Shown: piece after piece, positions 36,068 through 45,111 of the stretch
How the letters are laid out: every line of letters begins with the position of its first letter
How positions within the stretch are numbered: position 1 is the first letter of the stretch
Notes under the pieces: generated by a model
Told to the model about the DNA's origin: nothing
The model's database searches: none
Seen by the model: only the letters and a program-made list of their open reading frames with translations
Source of the DNA: Candidatus Latescibacterota bacterium
GTDB lineage: Bacteria > Latescibacterota > UBA2968 > UBA8231
Assembly: GCA_965221775.1 (NCBI GenBank)
Contig: CBDCSU010000005.1
Span: 960,001 to 1,024,000 of the forward strand
Direction: 5' to 3'
DNA length: 64,000 nt
Program-made: the position numbers and the translations under genes

Positions 36068-37261
36068 ATGGCGAATGTAGTGACGAGCCCCCGTTACTCC
36101 CGCTGGCGCAGCCCTCTCACCGACGAATTTGCGGTCATCGACACGGTACCCGAGCCGGATGTGCTCACCGATGCGCCGTCGCTGGTGCGGCTTCCCGGCG
36201 GCGGCCTCCTGTGTGCCTGCCCCCGTCTCGTGGGCGGCGCCGGTCACCTGCAGGCCACCCTCCAGCGGCTGGGACCCGACACGCTGAGCGTCTATGCGAG
36301 CGCCGATCACGGTGACTCGTGGCAGGAACGCCAGCGGCTCCCCTTTCTCGCGGGACGGCTGTTCCTGCACCATGGGTCGGCCTTCTTCCTGGGCGTGGGT
36401 CCCGAGCGCAAGGGCCTCTGGATCAGCCGTTCCGACGACGGCGGTCGAGGATGGACCGGGCCCGTGCAGTTGTTCGAAGGCTCGTTCTACGCCGCTGCTT
36501 CCGGCATGGCCCTGCGAGACAACCGGCTCTACTGGGCCTTCGGCGCCGTCAATGCCGAAGGCGAGTTCAACCGCAAGGGGTCCCGGCTCGTTGCCGTGGC
36601 GGCAGACCTGTCCGCGGACCTGACCTCGCCGGCGGCGTGGCGCCGCTCCGAGAACCTGGACTATCCCGGCACCCCCGCCGAACTGGTACGGCCCGGGTGG
36701 CCGCGAGAGCGCGACCACTGGCTCGAGCCCAACGTGGTCGACACAGCGGACGGGCTGCGCGTCATCGCGCGCCTGCGGCTCGACGGCTACGCCACCTCGG
36801 GCCTGGCGGCGGTCTGCGATCTCGCCGACGACGGCGAGCACTTGGACCTCCGGTTCTCCCAGTTCTATCCAACACCGGGTGCGCAGAATCACTTCCACAT
36901 CATCCACGACGAGGTGACCTCCCTCTACTGGATGGTCTGCAACCTTCCCACGCGCACCTGGGATACGGACGGCCTGCCGAGGCCACCCGGCTTCCGGGGG
37001 ACACCCGGCAACGAACGGCGATTCCTCATGTTGTTCTACGGCGTCGACGCCCTCAACTGGTTCCCCGCCGGCTGCGTCGCCCAGTGGCCGAGCCCGGCCC
37101 AGGCCTTCAACTACACGACGCCGCTGGTCGACGGACAAGATCTGCTCATCGTTTCGCGCACCTCCCGCAATGGCCGCGACCAGCACGACAACGACCTGAT
37201 CACCTTCCACCGGCTCCCCGACTTCCGTTCCCTGGCCCTGGACCTGTTCCCCGGCCCCTGA
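36068..37261 (+). CDS. Sialidase-like (BNR/Asp-box) beta-propeller protein
   Basis: Asp-boxes SADHGDSW and SDDGGRGW, WLEPNVV; no signal peptide. Confidence 0.7.
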   Translation: MANVVTSPRYSRWRSPLTDEFAVIDTVPEPDVLTDAPSLVRLPGGGLLCACPRLVGGAGHLQATLQRLGPDTLSVYASADHGDSWQERQRLPFLAGRLFLHHGSAFFLGVGPERKGLWISRSDDGGRGWTGPVQLFEGSFYAAASGMALRDNRLYWAFGAVNAEGEFNRKGSRLVAVAADLSADLTSPAAWRRSENLDYPGTPAELVRPGWPRERDHWLEPNVVDTADGLRVIARLRLDGYATSGLAAVCDLADDGEHLDLRFSQFYPTPGAQNHFHIIHDEVTSLYWMVCNLPTRTWDTDGLPRPPGFRGTPGNERRFLMLFYGVDALNWFPAGCVAQWPSPAQAFNYTTPLVDGQDLLIVSRTSRNGRDQHDNDLITFHRLPDFRSLALDLFPGP

Positions 37262-37288
37262 GCCCCCTCTTCGAGTAGGCGACTCCCC

Positions 37289-39385
37289 ATGCTTCTCCCC
37301 CGGATTCTACCCCTCGCGGGGCTCGCCCTGGCGGCCCTCGTCCAGTGCGGCCAGCCGGCGCCGGAGCCGGAGATGCCGCCGCCCCCGCCCAGGTACACCG
37401 GCGACCTCCCGGTGCTGCAGGAGCGCGGCGTCCTGCGCGTCATCGTCCCCCCCGAGCCGGTGGACCACCTGCCCAGGTACGGCGAACCGGTAACCCTCGA
37501 CTACGACGTCGCCCGCGGGCTGTCCGGGGCGCTCCGGCTGAAGCTGGAACTGGTCAAAGCCCAGAACTTCGCCGAAATGATGACCAAGCTGTTGCAGGGA
37601 GAAGGGGACATCGTCGCCGCCAGCCTGACGATCACGCCCCAGCGGCAGGAGAAGGCCGCCTTCTCCCTGCCCTACCTCCACGTGGACGAGTACCTGGTGA
37701 CGAAGGCGGGAGGCGACCTGCCGGCAGCGGTCGAGGACCTGGCGGGCATGGAGATCGGCGTCCGGCGTTCCAGCTCCCACTACCGGACCCTGCTGGAGAT
37801 CCAGCGGCTGGTGCCGTCCCTGCGCATCCACGAGGCGCCGGAGCAGCTGGGTATGGATCTGCTCGTGGAAGGCGTCGTCCGCGGCGACTACGGGGCCACC
37901 GTTTCCGACGAGCACATCTGGCGCGGCGTGGCGAACCACTACCCCGAGCTGGCCACACCCCTGGTGCTCGCCGAGAACCGCCCCATCGCCCTGATGATGC
38001 GGCCCACCGACACGCAACTGAAGACGAGCGTCGACGACTACCTGCTCGCCCGGCGGTTCAGCCGCCACTCCCAGCAGCCCTTCACCGACGACCTGCCCGG
38101 GCTGAAGGAACGCGGCCGGCTGCGCATGATCACCCGCAACAACCCGATGACCTACTTCATACACCGGGGCCGGCAGGTGGGGTTCGAATACGAGCTGATG
38201 CGGAAGTTCGCCGAGCAGCACGACCTGCGCCTCGACATCGTCATCCCCGACAGCCACGCCGATGTGCTGACCTACCTGGGGGAGGGCAAGGGTGACGTGG
38301 TGGCCGCGGCCATGACCATCACCCCGGAGCGCCGGGCCCTGGCGGCGTTCTCGCCTCCCTACAACGAGGTGGACGAGCTGGTGGTGGTGCGCGCCGGCGT
38401 GGATTCCATCAACAGTCTCCATGACTTGGCCGGACGCACGGTCCACGTGCGCCGGAGCGCTTCCTTCTATACCACCCTGACAGCCCTCCAGGATTCCATC
38501 GACCTGGAGATCGCCCTGGTCTCCGACGCCATGGAGACGGAGGAGATCCTCGCCGGCGTCGAAGAGGGCCTCTACGACATCACCCTGTGCGATTCCAACC
38601 TGCTCGACGTGGAGCTGGCTTACGGACGCCGGCTCAAGGCGGCCTTCAGCATCAAGCCCACCCGCCTGGGATGGGCGGTGCGCAAGGACAACCCGGCCCT
38701 GCTGGCGGCCCTCGACCAGTATGTGAGGGAGGAAAAGGGCGGCCTCTACTTCAACATGATGAAGAAGAGGTACTTCAAGAACCGCCGCACCATCGCCACG
38801 GCCAAGGACTCCCTGCGCGTCGATCTGAGCGGACGCCTGTCACCCTACGACGAGCTGGTGAAGAAGTACGCCCGCCGCTACGGACAGGACTGGCGCATGA
38901 TCATGGCGCAGATGTACCAGGAGTCGAAGTTCGACCCCCGGGCCTCGAGCTGGGTCGGCGCCCTCGGGCTGATGCAGATCATGCCCGAGACCGGGCGCGA
39001 GCTGGGCTTCGACGACCTTCACGACCCCGAGGCCAACATCCACGCCGGCATCAAGTACATGCACCAGCTCGTCGACCGCTTCGATCCCGCCCTCCCCATG
39101 GAGGAACGGGTGCGGCTGGCGCTGGCCTCGTACAACGTCGGCTACGGACACGTCCTCGACGCGCGCCAGCTGGCCCGGGAGAAGGGATGGGACCCCGACC
39201 AGTGGTTCGGCCACGTGGAGCGGGCGATGAAGCTTCTCGCCAGGCCGGCCTACTACAAGCGGGCGCGCTACGGCTTCTGCCGCGGCGGCCAGCCCGTGCA
39301 CTACGTCCGCAACGTGCAGAGCATGTACGACGCCTACGTGGGGATGCTGAGCCTGGCCTGGCCAGGCGGAGATACCCGCATCTGA
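37289..39385 (+). CDS. mltF: Membrane-bound lytic murein transglycosylase F-like (two substrate-binding domains plus SLT domain)
   Basis: Two RG.LR...G.GD.VAA..TITP.R units; YQESKF, GALGLMQIMP, ASYNVGYGH; N-terminal lipoprotein-like signal. Confidence 0.85.
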   Translation: MLLPRILPLAGLALAALVQCGQPAPEPEMPPPPPRYTGDLPVLQERGVLRVIVPPEPVDHLPRYGEPVTLDYDVARGLSGALRLKLELVKAQNFAEMMTKLLQGEGDIVAASLTITPQRQEKAAFSLPYLHVDEYLVTKAGGDLPAAVEDLAGMEIGVRRSSSHYRTLLEIQRLVPSLRIHEAPEQLGMDLLVEGVVRGDYGATVSDEHIWRGVANHYPELATPLVLAENRPIALMMRPTDTQLKTSVDDYLLARRFSRHSQQPFTDDLPGLKERGRLRMITRNNPMTYFIHRGRQVGFEYELMRKFAEQHDLRLDIVIPDSHADVLTYLGEGKGDVVAAAMTITPERRALAAFSPPYNEVDELVVVRAGVDSINSLHDLAGRTVHVRRSASFYTTLTALQDSIDLEIALVSDAMETEEILAGVEEGLYDITLCDSNLLDVELAYGRRLKAAFSIKPTRLGWAVRKDNPALLAALDQYVREEKGGLYFNMMKKRYFKNRRTIATAKDSLRVDLSGRLSPYDELVKKYARRYGQDWRMIMAQMYQESKFDPRASSWVGALGLMQIMPETGRELGFDDLHDPEANIHAGIKYMHQLVDRFDPALPMEERVRLALASYNVGYGHVLDARQLAREKGWDPDQWFGHVERAMKLLARPAYYKRARYGFCRGGQPVHYVRNVQSMYDAYVGMLSLAWPGGDTRI

Positions 39386-39490
39386 GAGGCACGCTGTGAG
39401 ACGCAACTTGACAGAGAAAACCCTCCCGGCGACCTTGGCAGGAAGTGGCCGTGGCAGCGGCGGGGATGCGCCCCGCAAGAGGTAACCCTC

Positions 39491-40591
39491 GTGCTTACAA
39501 GACTCTACGTCGACAACTTCCGTTGTCTGCAGAACTTCGAGCTCGAGCTCGATCCCGCGAACGTCCTCCTGGGCCGGAACGGCACGGGCAAGACCTCCGT
39601 TTTGAACGTGCTGAGCAAGATCCAGAACCTGGTCGTTCGCGGACTGAAAGTGGAGGCGGTGTTACCCTCCCGGGATATCTCCTTGAACAGGCAACGCAAC
39701 GAACAACGATACGAGATCGAGACCCACCTCGATGACGAGACCTACGGGTACTCGCTCACGGTGCAGCACGACCTTTCTCTTGGCAAGATGCGAGTCTGGG
39801 AAGAGAGGTTGGAGCACGAGGGCCGCCCGATCTTCGAATTCAAGCACGGGGAAGCGCAGCTGTACCACGACGACTACGTGAAGGGGCCCGCCTATCCCTT
39901 TGACTGGGACCAGTCCGGGCTTGGTTCCTTGAACGAAAGGCCCGACAACCAGAAGCTGACCCGGTTCAAGAAGGACCTCGCCAACTGGATCATCGTCAGT
40001 TGCTGCCCGCCGATCATGACACCGGAGACGAGAACCGAAGACGAGTTCCTGGAGCCCTTGATGGAGAACTTCGTCGGCTGGTACCGCCGGGCCGCGCAGG
40101 AGAATATGAGCGGCATCGTTTCGCTCTTCGGGGTTCTTCGTGAAGCGCTTCCGGGCTTCGACTCCATCAATCTGGCTGAATCCGGCGAGAACTCCCGGGC
40201 CCTCAAGGCGATCTTTCGCAGCCCCTCTTCCGAGCTGGTCCGCTATGGTCTCGATCAGCTCTCCGATGGCCAGCGAGCCCTGATCGCCATGTACAGCCTG
40301 ACCCATCTCTCCTCGGACCGCCGCGTATCCCTGTTCATCGACGAGCCCGACAACTACCTCGCCCTCGGCGAAATACAGCCTTGGCTCGCCGAAGCGGAGG
40401 ACCGGGTCGGCGACTCCCTGGGACAGGTCGTCGTCGCATCCCATCACCCCGTGACCATCGACTACATGGCCGGCGCGAGCGGCAGGTGGTTCTCCCGTGA
40501 CGGAGACGGGCCCGTGCGGGTGAGCAAGGAACCGAAGAATGTCGTCGACGGCCTTTCGCTGTCAGAGACCATGGCAAGACGCTGGGAATGA
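39491..40591 (+). CDS. ABC-type/AAA_21 ATPase
   Basis: LYVDNFRCL, Walker A GRNGTGKT, signature LSDGQ, Walker B FIDEPD, H-loop ASHHP; no transmembrane segments. Confidence 0.88.
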   Translation: MLTRLYVDNFRCLQNFELELDPANVLLGRNGTGKTSVLNVLSKIQNLVVRGLKVEAVLPSRDISLNRQRNEQRYEIETHLDDETYGYSLTVQHDLSLGKMRVWEERLEHEGRPIFEFKHGEAQLYHDDYVKGPAYPFDWDQSGLGSLNERPDNQKLTRFKKDLANWIIVSCCPPIMTPETRTEDEFLEPLMENFVGWYRRAAQENMSGIVSLFGVLREALPGFDSINLAESGENSRALKAIFRSPSSELVRYGLDQLSDGQRALIAMYSLTHLSSDRRVSLFIDEPDNYLALGEIQPWLAEAEDRVGDSLGQVVVASHHPVTIDYMAGASGRWFSRDGDGPVRVSKEPKNVVDGLSLSETMARRWE

Positions 40592-41127
40592 GCGCTGAGA
40601 TCGTACTGCTCTGTGAGGATCAGAGCACGAACTCTTTCGTACGTCGATTCCTGCGTCTGCGCGCAGCACGTCTCACCAGTCGCGCCATCCATACGGAGGA
40701 CCTTCCACACGGCTCCCAATCCGGAGAGCAGTGGGTTCGAGAAAAGTACCCTGATCAACTGAGAGCCATTCGCAGCCAACAAGGCGCATGGCTGATCGTC
40801 GTCATCGACGCGGACAGACACACGACGCAGCAGCGGATAGCCCAACTCGATGAGGAATGCAAGGCCCAAGAGGTCCCGCCAAGAACAGATATGGACCCCG
40901 TGATCATCCTCGTTCCGAGGCGGAATATCGAGACTTGGTTCGCCTACCTGGACGGCGAATCGGTAGATGAAACCGAGGACTACAGCGCTTGGCGAACGAA
41001 GCCCCCCCGGCGCTTTGCGGAAGAGCTGTACCGGATGTGCCACAGGGCCCAACAGCTCAGAGAACCCGCACCGCCATCTCTCGAAGAGTCGTGCCGGGAA
41101 TACCACAGACTCCACCTCCAGAGCTGA
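40588..41127 (+). CDS. TOPRIM-like (DUF4276/RloB-like) partner protein
   Basis: IVLLCED (conserved Glu), IVVIDAD (DxD), RNIETWF; ATGA overlap with the ATPase. Confidence 0.65.
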   Translation: MSAEIVLLCEDQSTNSFVRRFLRLRAARLTSRAIHTEDLPHGSQSGEQWVREKYPDQLRAIRSQQGAWLIVVIDADRHTTQQRIAQLDEECKAQEVPPRTDMDPVIILVPRRNIETWFAYLDGESVDETEDYSAWRTKPPRRFAEELYRMCHRAQQLREPAPPSLEESCREYHRLHLQS

Positions 41128-41130
41128 AGC

Positions 41131-41170
41131 CCCCGGCTCTCCGACGAACCCCCTGCGTCGTCAGCCGGGG
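41131..41170. terminator. Hairpin between convergent genes
   Basis: ccccggct...cgacg-loop-cgtcg...agccgggg; no clear U tract. Confidence 0.35.
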
Positions 41171-41177
41171 CCTCTTC

Positions 41178-41549
41178 TCACTCCTCCGGCGGCGTCTCCG
41201 AGGCGGCGAGGCCCACGATGTTGCCCTCGATGTCCTTGAACCGGGCGTAGGTGACGGCGCCGGGAATGACGGTGGGAGGCTGGATGATCTGGCCGCCAAG
41301 CTCGACGGCCCGATCCAGGGCGCCCTGGATGTCGTCGACCTGCACGTAGATGGTGAGCAGCGAGGCGCCGTCCATGCTCGCGCCGACGCCGCCGCCGATG
41401 CCGTCGCCGGTCTCCTCCGCGCCGACGAGGCCGTAGGGCACGTCCGGGGCCATGGGGGTCAGACTCCAGCCGAAGAGGTCTCGGTAGTACTGCTGCAGCG
41501 CGTCGGCGTCCCTGCCGGTGATCTCGAAGTGCACCACGGGGTTTGGCAT
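41178..41549 (-). CDS. VOC/glyoxalase family protein
   Basis: MPNPVVHFEI, YYRDLFGW, IYVQVDDI, FKDIEGN. Confidence 0.88.
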   Translation of the reverse strand: MPNPVVHFEITGRDADALQQYYRDLFGWSLTPMAPDVPYGLVGAEETGDGIGGGVGASMDGASLLTIYVQVDDIQGALDRAVELGGQIIQPPTVIPGAVTYARFKDIEGNIVGLAASETPPEE

Positions 41550-41616
41550 GACCATCCTTCCTCGGTTTATTGAGATCCTCGATGATGGAAGACGATAGAG
41601 TAGGGAGGCCTCTCGC

Positions 41617-42222
41617 TTGGCGCACATGAACGAAATCGTGGACCCCTCCCTGGCCCGGGAGCTGGAACAGGCCGGGCCGGAGGGAAAGGTGGACGTCCTC
41701 TTCGCCTACATGGAGCGCCGGGGGCAGTCCTTCTACGACGAGGCCGTGACCCAGCTGGAGCACGCCCTGCAGTGCGCCCACCAGGCGCGGCTGTCGGGGG
41801 CCGATGGCGTGCGGGTGACGGGCGCCCTGCTCCACGACGTGGGCCACTTCCTGGTGGACGAGGATGACGAGAAGGCCGACTTCCTCACCGAGGACCTGTG
41901 CCACGAAGAGGTGGGAGCGGAGTACCTGAAGCCCTTCTTCATCGACGCCGTGACCGAGGCGGTGGGCCTGCACGTGCCGGCGAAGCGCTACATCTGCACC
42001 GTGGAGCGGGACTACTACGAGACCCTGTCGCGGGCCTCCAAACGGAGCTTCGAGCTGCAGGGCGGCTTCATGTCCGACGCCGAGAGGGCCGCCTTCGAGG
42101 CGAACCCCCACTGGGAATCCGCCGTGCAGCTGAGGAAGTGGGACGACCTGGCCAAGGTGAAGGGCCTGGAGACCCCGGGCCTGGAGAGCTGCCGGGAGGC
42201 CGTGCAGGGATGTCTGAAGTGA
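41617..42222 (+). CDS. HD-domain diiron oxygenase, PhnZ/TmpB-like
   Basis: VTQLEHALQ, LLHDVGH, HEEVGA, LHVPAKRY, LSRASKRSFELQGG, LRKWDDLAK. RBS GGAGG before TTG. Confidence 0.8.
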   Translation: MAHMNEIVDPSLARELEQAGPEGKVDVLFAYMERRGQSFYDEAVTQLEHALQCAHQARLSGADGVRVTGALLHDVGHFLVDEDDEKADFLTEDLCHEEVGAEYLKPFFIDAVTEAVGLHVPAKRYICTVERDYYETLSRASKRSFELQGGFMSDAERAAFEANPHWESAVQLRKWDDLAKVKGLETPGLESCREAVQGCLK

Positions 42223-42236
42223 ACGGGCGGGACAGC

Positions 42237-42258
42237 GCGCCGAGGACGGCCTCGGCGC
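42237..42258. terminator. Perfect 9-bp hairpin between convergent genes
   Basis: gcgccgagg-acgg-cctcggcgc. Confidence 0.45.
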
Positions 42259-43062
42259 CTACACCCGCCCCGGGTAGGAGCGGCCCCGCACCTGCCTGAA
42301 GGGCGGCTGCTTCGGCGCGCTGGTGACGGACTCGTCCTTCCACGACGTGGCCCGCATGTAGTGCACGGCGTAGCCGCGGCGGCGGCGGCCGGAGGTGTTG
42401 GCGCCGCTGCGGTGGACGGTGAGGCTGTGGTGGAAGCTGACGCTGCCCGGCCTCAGGGGCACGGCCACCGGCGTCCACGGCTCGCGGCCGAAGTCCTCGT
42501 GGAAGGTCCGCAGGCGCGGGCGCTGCATCATCCCCCAGCGATGGGTCCCGGGCACGAACTCCAGGCAGCCGTTGGCGTGGTCGGCCTCGTCGATCGCCGT
42601 CCACGACGAGACCAGGTCCATGGGGAAGATGTCGTGCCACGAGGCCGAGTCCTGGTGCCAGGGCTGCTCGGCGCCGACCTCGGGGGGCTTCATGAAGAGC
42701 TGGTCGCCGTAGAGCTTGATGTCCTCCGTGCCGAGGAGGTCGGCGATGATGTCGACGATCTTCGGGTTGCTCGCGTGCGCCCACATGACTTCGTCCTGCA
42801 CGGCGACCTGGTGGAGCTTGCGCACCGCCAGCACCCGGTCCCCGACCTCCGCCTCCCCCTCCCGGTAGATGCGCTCCAGCTGGACTCCCCCGGAGACGTG
42901 CTCCGCCTCCCCCGCGGCGATCAGGTCGGCGCGCGCCGACACGGCCTCCACCTCCCCGGGCGCCAGCAGATCCTCCACCACCAGGAAGCCGTTCACCACG
43001 AAGCGCGTGACCTGGTCCTCCGTCAGCGCCCTGAGAGTCCTTCCTTCCGCCGTGATCCTCAT
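42259..43062 (-). CDS. PhyH family dioxygenase
   Basis: FVVNGF, LFMKPP, PWHQD, WTAID, NGCLEFVPGTH, FHHSLTVHRS.N...RR. Confidence 0.9.
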   Translation of the reverse strand: MRITAEGRTLRALTEDQVTRFVVNGFLVVEDLLAPGEVEAVSARADLIAAGEAEHVSGGVQLERIYREGEAEVGDRVLAVRKLHQVAVQDEVMWAHASNPKIVDIIADLLGTEDIKLYGDQLFMKPPEVGAEQPWHQDSASWHDIFPMDLVSSWTAIDEADHANGCLEFVPGTHRWGMMQRPRLRTFHEDFGREPWTPVAVPLRPGSVSFHHSLTVHRSGANTSGRRRRGYAVHYMRATSWKDESVTSAPKQPPFRQVRGRSYPGRV

Positions 43063-43209
43063 GTCGTCTCCATGGCCGCGGCCTGGCGGCCGGCTTCGGG
43101 TTGCCGGCGCACTAAGAAGGGCCGGGGCGGGATCGCGTCAAATCGGCTGAGGCCGGGTCCGGGATTGGGCCGGTCCCTGACTTCCGGGATCGTCTGAGAA
43201 CCGCGCCTC

Positions 43210-45111
43210 ATGCCGAGACCTGACCTCGAGTACTGGAACCGCCGCACGAGTATCGGCCCCATCGCCGCCAACCTGCGCTGGGCCTGGAGCCAGGCCTGGG
43301 CCCATGGCAGATCGGCGGCCCTCGGGGTGTTCGCCGTCCAGCTCCTGCTCGGCCTGCAGCCGGCCCTGCTCATCCACGTGACGCGGAACCTCGTCGACAC
43401 GGTGGCCGCCGCCGCGGGCGGCGGTTCGGCCGGCTTCGGGGACGCCCTCCCCTGGCTGATCGCCTTCGGCCTGCTGCAACTGCTCACCTTCGAGGTCCTG
43501 TGGCCCGTGCGCGACACCCTCCACCTGCGGCTGGAGCAGAGCCTCGCCCACGTCCTGGGCCGCCGTCTGCTGACGAAGTCGTCGCGGCTGCCGCTGCTGT
43601 TCTTCGAAGCCAGCGAGAGCTACGACCGCCTGGAGCGCGCCGGGAACCCGGGGCGCAAGGTCAGCCGGCTGCTGTTCTCCGCCATGCAGTTCTTCCAGAG
43701 CCTGGTCACGGCGGTCTCGGTGGCGGCCATGTTCGCGCCCGTCAGCCCCTGGATCTCGCTGGCCCTGCTGGCGGTGCTGGTGCCCCAAGTGCGGCTGGAG
43801 ATCGAGGAGAGCCGCAAGTTCATGGGCTTCACCTACGGCGAGACCCCGGAGGAGCGCCGCGCCGGGTACGTGGACCGCATCCTCACCGGGCGGGGGGAGC
43901 AGAAGGAGATGCGCCTCTTCGCCCTCCACGCCCCGCTCGCCGAGCGCTGGCGGGGCATGCGCCAGGTGTTGCGCGAGCGGCTCTTCGAGCAGCGCCGACG
44001 CCAGATCCTGGGCGTGCTCCCGGGCACCGGCCTGCGCATCGCCGTGGGGGTCGGTGTCGCCGGGGTCCTGGCGTACCTGCTCGGCGGCCGGGTCCTCACT
44101 CCCGGAGCCTTCGTCGCCCTCTTCCAGGGGGTGGACGACATGTTCCAGGCCGGCGGCGGTCTCGGCTACAACTCCAGGGAGCTGCAGGGCCAGTCCGCCG
44201 AGGTCGGGTACGTGCGCGAGTTCCTCGATCTGGCGGAGGAGGCCGGCGCCGCCGCGGCCCCCGCCGGGCCGTCCGGCAGCGCTGCCTTCCCGCGGCCTCT
44301 GCGCCAGGGGATCGAGGTCGAGGGCGTCCACTTCGCCTACCCGCCATCCGCCTCCGGCCAGGAGGCCCCGGCCGTGCTGCAGGGCGTCGATCTCCACCTG
44401 GCCCCGGGAGAGCGGGTCGCCCTCGTGGGCGAGAACGGATCCGGCAAGTCGACGCTGGCCAAGATCCTCCTGGGCCTGTATCCGCCCACGGCCGGCCGCG
44501 TCCTGGCCGACGGCCGCGACTACGGCGAGATCGACCCCGGGAGCCTGACCGGCGCCGTGAGCGCCGCCTTCCAGGACTTCCACAGGTTCGAGCTGACCCT
44601 CGGGCAGTCGATCGGCATCGCCGCCCCGGCATCGAGCGCGGAGGGACCCGCCTCCGACCTGTGGCCCCGGTGGCTGCAACCCGACCCGTCGGTGGTCGCC
44701 GACGCGGCGCGGCGCTCCGGCGCCGAGGAGCTGGCCCAACGCCTGCCGGACGGGTACGAGACCCCCGTCGGGCACGTCCTCGACGGCGGCCAGGGTCTCT
44801 CCGGCGGCGAGTGGCAGCGGGTCGCCATCGCCCGCGCCTTCACCCGCGACCCGGAGCTGCTCATCCTCGACGAGCCGGCGGCCTCTCTCGACGCCATGGC
44901 GGAAGCCGAACTCTACCGGCAGTTCGCCGAGCTTCTGGAGGGGCGCACGGCCCTGCTCATCAGCCACCGCCTCGGGTCGGCGCGCATGGCCGACCGCATC
45001 CTCGTGCTGCGGCAGGGCCGCATCGTCGAGGAGGGCCGCCACGACGAGTTGCTGGCGGCGCGGGGGGTGTACGCCGCCATGTGGGAGGAACAGGCGTCGT
45101 GGTACCGGTAG
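43210..45111 (+). CDS. ABC exporter, fused permease/ATPase, subunit 1
   Basis: Six TM segments, KEMRLF, GENGSGKS, LSGGEWQ, ILDEP, ISHRL. Confidence 0.9.
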   Translation: MPRPDLEYWNRRTSIGPIAANLRWAWSQAWAHGRSAALGVFAVQLLLGLQPALLIHVTRNLVDTVAAAAGGGSAGFGDALPWLIAFGLLQLLTFEVLWPVRDTLHLRLEQSLAHVLGRRLLTKSSRLPLLFFEASESYDRLERAGNPGRKVSRLLFSAMQFFQSLVTAVSVAAMFAPVSPWISLALLAVLVPQVRLEIEESRKFMGFTYGETPEERRAGYVDRILTGRGEQKEMRLFALHAPLAERWRGMRQVLRERLFEQRRRQILGVLPGTGLRIAVGVGVAGVLAYLLGGRVLTPGAFVALFQGVDDMFQAGGGLGYNSRELQGQSAEVGYVREFLDLAEEAGAAAAPAGPSGSAAFPRPLRQGIEVEGVHFAYPPSASGQEAPAVLQGVDLHLAPGERVALVGENGSGKSTLAKILLGLYPPTAGRVLADGRDYGEIDPGSLTGAVSAAFQDFHRFELTLGQSIGIAAPASSAEGPASDLWPRWLQPDPSVVADAARRSGAEELAQRLPDGYETPVGHVLDGGQGLSGGEWQRVAIARAFTRDPELLILDEPAASLDAMAEAELYRQFAELLEGRTALLISHRLGSARMADRILVLRQGRIVEEGRHDELLAARGVYAAMWEEQASWYR

